Source: a virus (lineage: Duplodnaviria > Heunggongvirae > Uroviricota > Caudoviricetes). From it: a DNA stretch of 45,254 bases. The stretch is from positions 1-45,254 of the IMG/VR virus record IMGVR_UViG_643348545_000006; one strand, written 5' to 3'. The notes beneath the pieces are model-generated. The model had not been told where the DNA came from and did not search any database. It was given only the letters and a program-made list of their open reading frames with translations. The translations under genes and the position numbers were made by a program. Shown here one piece after another: positions 23,731 through 33,799 of the stretch (its first letter is position 1; each line of letters opens with the position of its first letter).

Positions 23731-24240
23731 GTGGCTACGCAGACTGAAGTTGCCAGGCATTTAAGTCTGACCGATCGCCAGCTTCGCAGATTGCAGAAAT
23801 TGCCGGGTGCCCCGATATCGAATAAGCGAGGGCAACTGGATCTGGATGCCTGGCGCGATTTTTACATATCGTATCTGAGAAGAAGTAAAAACGATGTGCC
23901 TGATGGCGATAGCGAAGACGACTATGAGGAGAAATTGCTTATTGCCAGATGGGAACTGACAGCAGAACAGGCTGTTACACAGCAGTTAAAAAATGAGGTG
24001 TCAAAAGGAAAACTTATTGACACCGGGTTCTGTATTTTTGCCCTCAGCAAGCTGGCAATGGCGTTATCCAGTACGCTTGATTCCATCCCTTTATCCATGC
24101 AGCGACAGTTTCCTGATTTAACACCGCGCCATCTTGACCATCTGAAAACCCTTATTGCAAAGGGCGCAAATCAGTGTGCGCGGGCGGGGGATAAATTACC
24201 GGATTTACTCGATGAATATATCAGAGCAACAACTGAATAA
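23731..24240 (+). CDS. nu1: Terminase small subunit (Nu1-like)
   Basis: 169 aa; C-terminal half (GFCIFALSKLAMALSSTLDSIPLSMQRQFPDLTPRHLDHLK...LLDEYI) matches recalled lambda Nu1; overlaps the terminase large subunit start. Confidence 0.8.
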   Translation: MATQTEVARHLSLTDRQLRRLQKLPGAPISNKRGQLDLDAWRDFYISYLRRSKNDVPDGDSEDDYEEKLLIARWELTAEQAVTQQLKNEVSKGKLIDTGFCIFALSKLAMALSSTLDSIPLSMQRQFPDLTPRHLDHLKTLIAKGANQCARAGDKLPDLLDEYIRATTE

Positions 24241-26140
24241 TATGATGAGTGCTGTCACAACAGCATTACAGCCCCTGATAAGGGCATTGCCGGTGACGCC
24301 AGTTGAATGGGCTGATCAAAATTATTATCTGCCTAAAGAATCTTCATATGGTGAGGGAGAATGGAAAACGCTGCCGTTCCAGATCGCCATCATGAACAGC
24401 ATGGGGAATGATCAGATCCGGACTGTTAATCTGATTAAATCTGCCCGTGTTGGCTATACAAAGATGTTGCTGGGAGTCGCCGGGTATTTTATTGAGCATA
24501 AATCCCGAAACAGTCTGCTTTTTCAGCCCACGGATTCTGCCGCTGAAGATTTTATGAAGTCTCACGTGGAGGCGACGATTCGGGACGTGCCATGCCTGAA
24601 AGATCTTTCCCCGTGGCTGGGACGTAAACATCGTGACAATACTCTCACGCTGAAACGCTTTTCATCGGGGGTGGGCTTCTGGTGCCTGGGTGGTGCGGCA
24701 GCAAAAAACTACCGTGAAAAATCCGTGGATGTGGTCTGCTATGACGAACTTTCCTCGTTCGAGCCGGATGTCGAAAAAGAGGGCTCGCCAACCCTGCTGG
24801 GAGATAAGCGTATTGAGGGCTCTGTATGGCCCAAATCCATTCGCGGCTCGACGCCTAAAATCAAAGGCACCTGCCAGATCGAAAAAGCGGCCAACGAGTC
24901 GGCGCATTTCATGCGTTTTTATGTGCCCTGCCCACACTGTGGGGAGGAGCTGTATCTGAAATTTGGCGATGAATCCACGCCTTTTGGCCTTAAATGGGAG
25001 AAGGACAGCCCCGAAAGCGTTTTCTACCTCTGTGAACATCATGGCTGCGTGATCCATCAGTCTGAGCTTGACCAGAGCAACGGGCGGTGGATCTGTGAAA
25101 ACACGGGGATGTGGACCCGTGACGGTCTGACGTTTTTCAGCGCCGCGGATAATGAAATTCCGCCGCCGCGCTCCATCACATTCCATATCTGGACGGCGTA
25201 CAGTCCGTTCACCACCTGGGTACAGATTGTCTATGACTGGCTGGATGCACTGAAAGATCCCAACGGCCTGAAAACCTTTGTGAACACCACGCTGGGCGAG
25301 ACCTGGGAAGAGGCCGTGGGCGAAAAACTCGATCACCAGGTACTGATGGATAAGGTTGTGCGTTACACGGCGGCGGTGCCTGCCCGGGTGGTTTATCTGA
25401 CGGCGGGCATTGACTCGCAGCGAAACCGTTTTGAGATGTATGTCTGGGGATGGGCTCCGGGAGAGGAAGCCTTTCTGGTGGATAAAATCATCATTATGGG
25501 GCGTCCCGATGAGGAAGAGACGCTGTTACGTGTGGATGTGGCGATCAACAAAAAATACCGCCATGCAGACGGAACCGAAATGACCATTTCCCGTGTCTGC
25601 TGGGACACCGGGGGGATCGATGGCGAAATTGTCTATCAGAGGTCAAAAAAACACGGTGTTTTCCGGGTGCTGCCGGTAAAAGGTGCATCTGTTTATGGCA
25701 AGCCGGTGATCACCATGCCAAAAACCCGCAATCAGCGGGGCGTGTATCTGTGCGAAGTGGGGACGGACACCGCAAAAGAAATTCTCTATGCCCGTATGAA
25801 AGCCGAGCCCACGCCTGCGGATGAAGCCACGTCGTATGCCATCCGTTTTCCTGATGATCCGGAGATTTTTTCGCAGACAGAGGCGCAGCAACTGGTCGCG
25901 GAAGAGCTTGTGGAGAAGTGGGAAAAAGGAAAGATGCGTCTGCTGTGGGATAACAAAAAGCGGCGTAACGAAGCGCTGGACTGCCTGGTGTATGCCTACG
26001 CGGCATTACGTGTGTCCGTGCAACGCTGGCAGCTTGATCTGGCTGTACTGGCAAAATCCCGGGAAGAAGATACGACCCGGCCAACCCTTAAAGAACTGGC
26101 AGCGAAGCTGTCCGGAGGAGTGAATGGTTACAGTCGCTGA
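24212..26140 (+). CDS. A: Terminase large subunit (lambda gpA-like)
   Basis: Start MNIS... chosen by alignment to recalled lambda gpA (VEWADxNYYLPKES, HFMRFxVxCPHCGEE, WTAYSPFTTWVQIV, KKRRNEALDC all conserved). Confidence 0.9.
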   Translation: MNISEQQLNNMMSAVTTALQPLIRALPVTPVEWADQNYYLPKESSYGEGEWKTLPFQIAIMNSMGNDQIRTVNLIKSARVGYTKMLLGVAGYFIEHKSRNSLLFQPTDSAAEDFMKSHVEATIRDVPCLKDLSPWLGRKHRDNTLTLKRFSSGVGFWCLGGAAAKNYREKSVDVVCYDELSSFEPDVEKEGSPTLLGDKRIEGSVWPKSIRGSTPKIKGTCQIEKAANESAHFMRFYVPCPHCGEELYLKFGDESTPFGLKWEKDSPESVFYLCEHHGCVIHQSELDQSNGRWICENTGMWTRDGLTFFSAADNEIPPPRSITFHIWTAYSPFTTWVQIVYDWLDALKDPNGLKTFVNTTLGETWEEAVGEKLDHQVLMDKVVRYTAAVPARVVYLTAGIDSQRNRFEMYVWGWAPGEEAFLVDKIIIMGRPDEEETLLRVDVAINKKYRHADGTEMTISRVCWDTGGIDGEIVYQRSKKHGVFRVLPVKGASVYGKPVITMPKTRNQRGVYLCEVGTDTAKEILYARMKAEPTPADEATSYAIRFPDDPEIFSQTEAQQLVAEELVEKWEKGKMRLLWDNKKRRNEALDCLVYAYAALRVSVQRWQLDLAVLAKSREEDTTRPTLKELAAKLSGGVNGYSR

Positions 26141-26330
26141 ACTGCAGGCGCTGCGTCAGGCGCGCCTTGATTTATTAACCGGTAAACGGGTGGTGTCTGT
26201 CCAGAAAGATGGTCGCAGAATTGAATATACGGCAGCTTCTCTGGATGAGCTTAACCGGGCGATCAATGATGCGGAGTCGGTACTGGGGACAACCCGCCGT
26301 CGCCGTCGTCCGCTGGGAGTGAGGTTATGA
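26124..26330 (+). CDS. W: Head-tail joining protein gpW
   Basis: 68 aa; LTGKRVVSVQKDGRRIEYTAASL matches recalled lambda W ([23 protein letters not shown]). Confidence 0.85.
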   Translation: MVTVAELQALRQARLDLLTGKRVVSVQKDGRRIEYTAASLDELNRAINDAESVLGTTRRRRRPLGVRL

Positions 26331-27919
26331 AACGAACGCCTGTCCTGATTGATGTGAACGGCGTTCCGCTTCGGGAGAGCCTCAGCTACAACGGTGGCGG
26401 TGCAGGATTTGGCGGGCAAATGGCAGAGTGGTTGCCACCCTCGCAGAGTGCCGATGCGGCCCTGCTGCCCGCGTTGCGTCTGGGGAATGCCCGTGCAGAT
26501 GATCTGGTGCGCAATAACGGAATAGCGGCCAATGCGGTGGCCCTGCATAAGGATCACATTGTCGGGCATATGTTTCTGATTAGCTACCGCCCGAACTGGC
26601 GCTGGCTGGGGATGCGGGAGACCGCGGCAAAAAGTTTTGTCGATGAGGTGGAGGCGGCCTGGTCAGAATACGCAGAAGGGATGTTTGGTGAGATCGACGT
26701 GGAAGGGAAACGCACGTTTACGGAATTTATCCGTGAAGGTGTGGGCGTTCATGCGTTTAACGGCGAAATCTTTGTGCAGCCGGTCTGGGATACGGAGAGC
26801 ACGCAACTGTTTCGTACGCGTTTTAAAGCCGTGAGTCCGAAACGGGTGGACACGCCAGGACACGGTATCGGGAACCGTTTTCTGCGGGCCGGTGTGGAGG
26901 TTGATCGATATGGTCGTGCCGTTGCGTACCATATCTGTGAGGATGATTTTCCTCGCTCCGGGAGTGGACGATGGGAACGGATCCCGCGTGAACTTCCCAC
27001 CGGGCGTCCGGCCATGCTGCATATTTTCGAGCCGGTGGAGGACGGGCAGACCCGTGGAGCCAATCAGTTTTACAGCGTTATGGAACGGCTGAAGATGCTG
27101 GATTCCCTGCAGGCAACACAGCTTCAGTCGGCCATAGTGAAGGCGATGTATGCAGCGACGATTGAAAGTGACCTTGATACCGAAAAGGCCTTTGAATATA
27201 TCGCCGGTGCGCCGCAGGGGCAGAAGGATAATCCGCTTATTAATATTCTGGATAAGTTCTCCACCTGGTATGACACGAATAGCGTGACGCTGGGCGGTGT
27301 CAAAATTCCGCACCTTTTCCCCGGTGATGATCTGAAACTTCAGACCGCGCAGGATTCAGACAATGGATTTTCGGCGCTTGAACAGGCGCTGCTGCGGTAT
27401 ATCGCTGCCGGTCTTGGCGTTTCCTACGAACAGTTGTCCCGTGATTACTCGAAGGTCAGTTATTCAAGTGCCCGCGCATCCGCCAATGAGTCGTGGCGCT
27501 ATTTTATGGGGCGGCGAAAATTTATTGCGTCCCGGCTGGCCACGCAGATGTTTTCCTGCTGGCTGGAAGAGGCACTTCTTCGGGGGATTATTCGTCCGCC
27601 ACGGGCACGTTTTGATTTTTATCAGGCGCGTTCAGCCTGGTCACGGGCTGAGTGGATTGGTGCCGGAAGAATGGCCATTGACGGGCTCAAGGAGGTTCAG
27701 GAATCGGTGATGCGTATTGATTCCGGACTGAGCACGTATGAGAAAGAGCTGGCGCTGATGGGCGAGGATTATCAGGACATTTTCCGCCAGCAGGTCAGGG
27801 AATCTGCAGAGCGGGAAAAAGCCGGACTCTCACGTCCGGTGTGGATAGCGCAGGCGTATCAGCAGCAGATAGCGGAGAGTCGCAGGCCGGAAGAGGAGAC
27901 AACACCACGTGAGACGTAA
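26327..27919 (+). CDS. B: Portal protein gpB
   Basis: 530 aa; N-terminus MKRTPVLIDVNGVPLRESLSYNGGGAGFGGQMAEWLPP is near-identical to recalled lambda B. Confidence 0.9.
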   Translation: MKRTPVLIDVNGVPLRESLSYNGGGAGFGGQMAEWLPPSQSADAALLPALRLGNARADDLVRNNGIAANAVALHKDHIVGHMFLISYRPNWRWLGMRETAAKSFVDEVEAAWSEYAEGMFGEIDVEGKRTFTEFIREGVGVHAFNGEIFVQPVWDTESTQLFRTRFKAVSPKRVDTPGHGIGNRFLRAGVEVDRYGRAVAYHICEDDFPRSGSGRWERIPRELPTGRPAMLHIFEPVEDGQTRGANQFYSVMERLKMLDSLQATQLQSAIVKAMYAATIESDLDTEKAFEYIAGAPQGQKDNPLINILDKFSTWYDTNSVTLGGVKIPHLFPGDDLKLQTAQDSDNGFSALEQALLRYIAAGLGVSYEQLSRDYSKVSYSSARASANESWRYFMGRRKFIASRLATQMFSCWLEEALLRGIIRPPRARFDFYQARSAWSRAEWIGAGRMAIDGLKEVQESVMRIDSGLSTYEKELALMGEDYQDIFRQQVRESAEREKAGLSRPVWIAQAYQQQIAESRRPEEETTPRET

Positions 27920-29414
27920 TCTTTCACACATTATTGCAGCAGCATTCAATGAACCGCTGCTTCTGGAGCCCGCCTATGCGCGGGTTTTCTTTTGCGCGCT
28001 CGGGCGCGAGATGGGGGCAGCAAGTCTTTCGGTACCACAACAGCAGGTACAGCTTGATGCACCCGGAATGCTGGCTGAAACGGACGAGTACATGGCCGGA
28101 GGTAAACGACCGGCCCGTGTTTACCGGGTGGTGAACGGTATTGCTGTACTGCCGGTCACAGGCACGCTGGTGCACCGGCTGGGGGGTATGCGGCCATTTT
28201 CCGGAATGACAGGCTATGACGGCATTGTCGCCTGTCTTCAGCAGGCAATGGCGGATAGCCAGGTGCGGGGTGTACTGCTGGACATTGACAGTCCGGGCGG
28301 GCAGGCCGCCGGTGCGTTTGACTGTGCTGACATGATTTACCGCCTCCGTCAGCAGAAGCCGGTCTGGGCACTGTGCAATGACACGGCCTGTTCTGCAGCC
28401 ATGCTGCTGGCGTCGGCCTGCTCCCGACGGCTGGTTACCCAGACATCCCGTATCGGCTCCATTGGCGTGATGATGAGCCATGTCAGCTATGCCGGTCATC
28501 TGGCGCAGGCCGGTGTGGATATCACGCTGATTTACTCAGGGGCGCACAAGGTTGATGGCAATCAGTTTGAAGCGTTGCCGGAAGAGGTTCGCCAGGACAT
28601 GCAGCAGCGGATTGATGCGGCGCGCCGGATGTTTGCCGAAAAAGTGGCGATGTATACCGGTCTGTCTGTTGATGCAGTCACGGGAACAGAGGCCGCCGTT
28701 TTTGAAGGTCAGTCCGGCATTGAGGCCGGGCTGGCGGATGAATTAATCAATGCGTCGGATGCCATCAGCGTGATGGCTGCGGCGCTGAACACACATGATA
28801 CAGGAGGCACTATGCCGCAATTAACTGCAACGGAAGCTGCCGCGCAGGAGAACCAGCGAGTGATGGGGATCCTGACGTGTCAGGAAGCGAAAGGACGTGA
28901 ACACCTTGCCACGATGCTGGCAGGACAACAGGGCATGAGCGTTGAACAGGCCCGGGCGATTCTGACCGCGGCAGCACCACAGCAGCCGGTGGCATCCACG
29001 CAGAGTGAAGCCGATCGCATTATGGCGTGTGAAGAGGCTAAAGGTCGTGAACAACTGGCGGCAACGCTGGCGGCGATGCCGGAGATGACGGTGGAAAAAG
29101 CCCGCCCGATCCTGGCGGCTTCACCGCAGGCGGATGCCGGACCCTCACTCCGTGATCAGATTATGGCTCTGGATGAGGCAAAAGGGGCTGAGGCGCAGGC
29201 TGAAAAACTGGCGGCGTTTCCCGGAATGACGGTGGAGGCTGCCCGCGACATTCTGTCCTCATCGCCGGATAAAGCAGAACCGGTTTCTGCATCCACAACC
29301 GCCCTGTTTGAACATTTCATGGCGAACCATTCACCGGCAGCGGTGCGGGGTGGCGTGTCACAGACGTCAGCAGACGGTGATGCGGACGTGAAAATGCTCA
29401 TGGCCATGCCATGA
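27909..29414 (+). CDS. C: Head protease/scaffold gpC (with nested Nu3-like scaffold region carrying three ~45-aa tandem repeats)
   Basis: N-terminal region matches recalled lambda C (AFNEPLLLEPAYARVFFCAL); S49-type protease region; C-terminal third contains three repeats of the form IMxxxEAKGxExLAxxLAxxPxMTVExARxIL. Confidence 0.85.
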   Translation: MRRNLSHIIAAAFNEPLLLEPAYARVFFCALGREMGAASLSVPQQQVQLDAPGMLAETDEYMAGGKRPARVYRVVNGIAVLPVTGTLVHRLGGMRPFSGMTGYDGIVACLQQAMADSQVRGVLLDIDSPGGQAAGAFDCADMIYRLRQQKPVWALCNDTACSAAMLLASACSRRLVTQTSRIGSIGVMMSHVSYAGHLAQAGVDITLIYSGAHKVDGNQFEALPEEVRQDMQQRIDAARRMFAEKVAMYTGLSVDAVTGTEAAVFEGQSGIEAGLADELINASDAISVMAAALNTHDTGGTMPQLTATEAAAQENQRVMGILTCQEAKGREHLATMLAGQQGMSVEQARAILTAAAPQQPVASTQSEADRIMACEEAKGREQLAATLAAMPEMTVEKARPILAASPQADAGPSLRDQIMALDEAKGAEAQAEKLAAFPGMTVEAARDILSSSPDKAEPVSASTTALFEHFMANHSPAAVRGGVSQTSADGDADVKMLMAMP

Positions 29415-29450
29415 AGTCAGTGCTGACCATCAATATGAGGTTTTTACAAT

Positions 29451-29798
29451 ATGGTAACGAAAACCATCACTGAACAACGTGCAGAAGTACGTATTTTTGC
29501 CGGTAATGATCCGGCTCATACCGCCACAGGCAGCAGCGGGATTTCTCAGGCAACACCGGCTCTGACGCCCCTGATGCTGGATGAAGCCACCGGGAAACTG
29601 GTGGTCTGGGACGGACAGAAAGCCGGTAGTGCGGCTGGCATACTGGTACTGCCGCTTGAAGGCACAGAGACGGTGCTGACCTATTACAAGTCGGGGACCT
29701 TTGCGACGGAGGCAATCCGCTGGCCTGACAGTGTGGATGAACACAAAAAGGCCAACGCCTTTGTCGGCACAGCCCTGAGTCACGCGGCGCTGCCGTAA
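29451..29798 (+). CDS. D: Head decoration protein gpD
   Basis: 115 aa; DPAHTAT...PALTPLMLD...KLVVWDG...GILVLP...TYYKSGTF matches recalled lambda D. Confidence 0.85.
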   Translation: MVTKTITEQRAEVRIFAGNDPAHTATGSSGISQATPALTPLMLDEATGKLVVWDGQKAGSAAGILVLPLEGTETVLTYYKSGTFATEAIRWPDSVDEHKKANAFVGTALSHAALP

Positions 29799-29855
29799 CA
29801 CGTTATCAGGCCACCGCGTTGGCCTGACTGATTTCTGAATGAAAGGAACTGATTT

Positions 29856-30884
29856 ATGGGATTGTTTACGACCCGCCAGTTACTCGGTTATACCGAACAA
29901 AAAGTGAAATTCCGTGCGCTGTTTCTGGAGCTGTTTTTCCGCCGTACGGTGAATTTCCACACCGAAGAGGTGATGCTGGACAAAATTACCGGAAAAACGC
30001 CGGTGGCAGCCTATGTCTCCCCGGTTGTTGAAGGAAAAGTGCTGCGTCATCGCGGTGGTGAAACCCGCGTGTTACGTCCGGGCTACGTCAAGCCGAAACA
30101 CGAATTTAATTACCAGCAGGCGGTGGAGCGCCTTCCCGGTGAAGATCCGGCGCAGCTGAACGACCAGACCTACCGTCGTCTGCGTATCATCACCGATAAC
30201 CTCAAACAGGAAGAGCACGCCATTGTCCAGGTGGAAGAAATGCAGGCGGTGAATGCCGTGCTGTATGGCAAATACACCATGGAAGGAGACCAGTTCGAGA
30301 AAATTGAGGTTGATTTTGGCAGATCGACGAAGAATAACATCATACAGGGTAGCGGTAAGGAGTGGTCAAAACAGGACCGTGACACGTTCGACCCGACATA
30401 TGATATCGACCTTTTCTGTGATCAGGCCAGCGGTCTTGTGAATATTGCCATCATGGACGGTACCGTCTGGCGTCTGCTGAATGGCTTTAAGCTGTTCCGC
30501 GAAAAACTGGATACCCGTCGCGGCTCAAATTCACAACTCGAAACGGCAGTGAAAGACCTGGGGTCGGTGGTGTCTTTCAAGGGGTATTACGGTGATCTGG
30601 CCATTGTGGTGGCGAAAACGTCTTATGTGGCAGAGGACGGTACCGAAAAACGTTATCTGCCGGAGGGCACGCTGGTCCTGGGAAATACGGCTGCTGAGGG
30701 CATCCGTTGCTATGGTGCCATTCAGGATGCGCAGGCGTTGTCCGAAGGTGTGGTGGCCTCTTCCCGTTATCCGAAACACTGGATGACCGTGGGCGATCCG
30801 GCCCGTGAATTCACCATGACGCAGTCCGCACCGCTGATGGTGCTGCCGGATCCGGATGAGTTTGTGGTGGTACAGGTGAAATAA
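29856..30884 (+). CDS. E: Major capsid protein gpE
   Basis: 342 aa; extensive match to recalled lambda E (PGYVKPKHE, VEEMQAV, KGKYTM, LDTRRGSNS.LETAVKDLG, TGDPAREFTM.QSAPLM.L.DPDEFV). Confidence 0.9.
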   Translation: MGLFTTRQLLGYTEQKVKFRALFLELFFRRTVNFHTEEVMLDKITGKTPVAAYVSPVVEGKVLRHRGGETRVLRPGYVKPKHEFNYQQAVERLPGEDPAQLNDQTYRRLRIITDNLKQEEHAIVQVEEMQAVNAVLYGKYTMEGDQFEKIEVDFGRSTKNNIIQGSGKEWSKQDRDTFDPTYDIDLFCDQASGLVNIAIMDGTVWRLLNGFKLFREKLDTRRGSNSQLETAVKDLGSVVSFKGYYGDLAIVVAKTSYVAEDGTEKRYLPEGTLVLGNTAAEGIRCYGAIQDAQALSEGVVASSRYPKHWMTVGDPAREFTMTQSAPLMVLPDPDEFVVVQVK

Positions 30885-30936
30885 TCCGTGAGCGGGGGCG
30901 AAATGCCCCCGTGTCTTTTTTCACAGGGGGCTGGAT

Positions 30937-31305
30937 ATGGCAACAAAAGAAGAAAATCAGAAACGTCTTCGTGAACTGGCTGGCCTGCTGGGGCGCGAGG
31001 CGGATATGTCGGGGAGTGCAGCGGATATCGCACAGCGTGTGGCAGAGTGGGAAGAGGAGGTTTGCGCATCGGAAAATGAAATCGCAGATGTTGATGATAC
31101 CGTTTATGAGCAGGCATACAGGAACACCGGTGAGGATGCTTTCGGTATTCTGGAACGTATCATGCTTCTGAAGTGTTTTTACCTGTGCGGTGTTGACGAT
31201 GAAACAGGTGAGCCTGTTGAGCATGTTGATGCTGGCAGAGTAATTCTGATGCCCCCCTCAGTGGCAAAAGACATGGTCAAGAGTGGAATGGCCGTTTATG
31301 CGTGA
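30937..31305 (+). CDS. FI: Putative DNA-packaging/head completion protein (FI-position)
   Basis: 122-aa acidic ORF between E and FII; assignment mainly by gene order. Confidence 0.55.
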   Translation: MATKEENQKRLRELAGLLGREADMSGSAADIAQRVAEWEEEVCASENEIADVDDTVYEQAYRNTGEDAFGILERIMLLKCFYLCGVDDETGEPVEHVDAGRVILMPPSVAKDMVKSGMAVYA

Positions 31306-31651
31306 TTTTCAGAATGCCTTCGATGCTGCCCTCGCCGGGGTGGACAGCACGATTGTTGAAGTGATGGGACTCTGTGCGCAGTTCACCTCGGGGGCACAGC
31401 GTGGTGGCGAAGTTCAGGGGGTTTTTGACGATCCGGAGTCGCTGGGTTTTGCCGGTGGCGGGGTCCGTATTGAAGGAAGCAGCCCGTCATTATTTGTGCG
31501 GACGGATACGGTTCGGGCTGTGCGGCGTGGTGACACGCTGACCATTAACGGCGAGATGTTCTGGGTGGATCGTGTTTCTCCGGATGACGGGGGAAGCTGT
31601 TATCTCTGGCTCAACCGTGGGCAACCACCCGCTGTTAACCGGCGACGATAA
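31298..31651 (+). CDS. FII: Head-tail connector gpFII
   Basis: Start MRDFQNAFDAALAG; GVFDDPE...VRIEGSSPSLFVRTD.VR.VRRGDTLTI....FWVDRVSPDDGGSCYLWL.RGQPPAVNRRR matches recalled lambda FII. Confidence 0.85.
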   Translation: MRDFQNAFDAALAGVDSTIVEVMGLCAQFTSGAQRGGEVQGVFDDPESLGFAGGGVRIEGSSPSLFVRTDTVRAVRRGDTLTINGEMFWVDRVSPDDGGSCYLWLNRGQPPAVNRRR

Positions 31652-31666
31652 ACGCAGGGTGAAATT

Positions 31667-32200
31667 ATGGCGATAAAAGGGCTTGATCAGGCGATTGATA
31701 ATCTGAGCCGGGTTCGTAAAAACGCCATTCCGGCGGCTTCAGCAATGACGATTAACCGCGTGGCCACAACGGCGATTAATCAGTCTTCGTCACAGGTTGC
31801 CCGGGAAACCAGAGTGAGACGGAAACTGGTAAAGGAACGGTCCAGACTGAAACGGGCGACGGTCAGAAATCCGAATGCCAGAATTATCGTTAACCGCGGT
31901 GATCTCCCTGTGATTAAGCTGGGGATCAGGATGCTGGGGCGTCGCCCGAACAGCATACTTAAAGCCGGTCAGCATCGGTATCAGCGGGCATTTATTCAGC
32001 GATTAAAAAATGGTCGCTGGCATGTCATGCAGCGTGTGGCCGGGAAAAACCGTTACCCCATTGATGTGGTGAAAATCCCGATGGCGGCCCCACTGAAACA
32101 GGCATTTGATGAGAATGTTGACCGTATCCGGCGTGAACGCCTGCCTAAAGAACTGGCATACGCGCTGAAACAACAACTGAGGATTGCGATAAAACGATGA
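31667..32200 (+). CDS. Z: Tail completion protein gpZ
   Basis: N-terminus MAIKGLDQAIDNLSRV and C-terminus NGRWHVMQRVAGKNRYPIDVVKIPMA match recalled lambda Z. Confidence 0.85.
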   Translation: MAIKGLDQAIDNLSRVRKNAIPAASAMTINRVATTAINQSSSQVARETRVRRKLVKERSRLKRATVRNPNARIIVNRGDLPVIKLGIRMLGRRPNSILKAGQHRYQRAFIQRLKNGRWHVMQRVAGKNRYPIDVVKIPMAAPLKQAFDENVDRIRRERLPKELAYALKQQLRIAIKR

Positions 32201-32592
32201 AACACACTGACATTCGTGCCGCAGTGCTGGATGCACTCGAGCAGCATGAACACGGGGCGACGCTGTTTGATGGTCGCCCCGTTGTTTTTGACGAAGAGGA
32301 TTTTCCTGCGATCGCGGTTTATCTGACGGATGCAGAGTATACCGGTGAAGAGCTGGATGCAGATACCTGGCGGGCCACACTGCATATTGAGGTGTTTTTA
32401 CCGGCACAGGTACCGGATTCAGAGCTCGATCAGTGGATGGAAAGCCGGATTTACCCGGCGATGACCGAGATCCCGGCACTGGCAGGACTGATTACCACGA
32501 TGGTTACGCAGGGCTATGAGTATCGTCGTGATGACGATATGGCGTTATGGAGTTCTGCAGATCTGACTTATTCCATTACATACGAGATGTGA
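32197..32592 (+). CDS. U: Tail terminator gpU
   Basis: 131 aa; [15 protein letters not shown]...[24 protein letters not shown] near-identical to recalled lambda U. Confidence 0.9.
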   Translation: MKHTDIRAAVLDALEQHEHGATLFDGRPVVFDEEDFPAIAVYLTDAEYTGEELDADTWRATLHIEVFLPAQVPDSELDQWMESRIYPAMTEIPALAGLITTMVTQGYEYRRDDDMALWSSADLTYSITYEM

Positions 32593-32599
32593 GGACGAT

Positions 32600-33346
32600 A
32601 TGGCAACACCAAATCCCCTTGAGCCGGTAAAAGGTGCCGGTACCACTCTGTGGGTTTACAACGGCAAGGCTGATGCTTATGCAAACCCGTTGTCAGACGA
32701 TGACTGGCAGCGACTGGCTAAGGTGAAGGATCTGACGCCGGGCGAGATGACGGCTGAACCCTACGACGATAACTACCTGGATGATGAAGACGCGGACTGG
32801 ACCGCGACCGGGCAGGGACAGAAATCTGCAGGTGATACCAGTTTTACGCTGGCCTGGAAACCGGGTGAGGAAGGTCAGAAAGGGCTTATCGCATGGTTTG
32901 AAAGCGGGGATGTCAGGGCCTATAAAATCCGGTTCCCGAATGGTACGGTGGATGTGTTCAGTGGCTGGGTCAGCAGTATCGGTAAGGCCGTGACGGCGAA
33001 GGAAGTGATCACCAGAACGGTGAAAGTTACCAATGTGGGACGCCCGTCGATGGCTGAAAATCTCACTAAAATTACGCCGGTTTCCGGTGTGACCATTAAA
33101 CCGGAAACCCTGACCCTAGAAAAAGGGAAGGCAGGCACACTTACTGTGGCTGTGTTGCCGGATAATGCGTCTGATCCTTCATTAAGGGTGTCGACCGTGC
33201 ATCGTGCGGTGGCCACAGCCACGTTGAAGGAGAACACAGTGACGGTAAACGCACTTGAGAAAGGAACAACGTCGGTCGTGGTCATGAGTGATAACGGTAA
33301 TTTTGTCGCTCTGGCGACAGTAACCGTTAATGTCCCTGCCGCGTAA
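32600..33346 (+). CDS. V: Major tail tube protein gpV (with C-terminal Ig-like domain)
   Basis: 248 aa; lambda V-like N-terminal tube region and C-terminal Ig-like region; gene order U-V-G-T-H. Confidence 0.9.
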   Translation: MATPNPLEPVKGAGTTLWVYNGKADAYANPLSDDDWQRLAKVKDLTPGEMTAEPYDDNYLDDEDADWTATGQGQKSAGDTSFTLAWKPGEEGQKGLIAWFESGDVRAYKIRFPNGTVDVFSGWVSSIGKAVTAKEVITRTVKVTNVGRPSMAENLTKITPVSGVTIKPETLTLEKGKAGTLTVAVLPDNASDPSLRVSTVHRAVATATLKENTVTVNALEKGTTSVVVMSDNGNFVALATVTVNVPAA

Positions 33347-33367
33347 CGGGTGTTTAGGAGAACACGC

Positions 33368-33799
33368 ATGTTTCTTAAAACAGAACAATTTGAATATAAC
33401 GGTGTGTCTGTCACGCTTTCGGAGCTGTCTGCGCTGCAGCGTATCGAGCATCTTGCCCTGCTGAAACGGCGGGCAGAAGAGGCTGAAGCCAGCGGCAACC
33501 TGCAGGTGAGTGTGGAAGATCTTGTCAGAACCGGCGCGTTTCTGGTGGCGATGTCCCTGTGGCATAACCATCCACAGAAAACGCAGTCACCGTCAATGAA
33601 TGAGGCCGTGATGCAGATCGAACAGGATGTGCTGACGACCTGGCCGGCTGATGCCATTGCCCGGGCGGAAGAGGTGGTGTTACGTCTGTCCGGGATGAGC
33701 GGGGCTGTTCATGCGGATACTGACAGCACCGAAGTGGCGAAAAATAACGCGCTTACTGATGATGATTTTTCTGCGGGAAAGTTTTCGACGGCGAGCTGA
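33368..33799 (+). CDS. G: Tail assembly chaperone gpG
   Basis: Start MFLKTEQFEYNGVSVTLSELSALQRIEHLALLKR matches recalled lambda G; slippery heptamer GGGAAAG near its 3' end. Confidence 0.85.
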   Translation: MFLKTEQFEYNGVSVTLSELSALQRIEHLALLKRRAEEAEASGNLQVSVEDLVRTGAFLVAMSLWHNHPQKTQSPSMNEAVMQIEQDVLTTWPADAIARAEEVVLRLSGMSGAVHADTDSTEVAKNNALTDDDFSAGKFSTAS

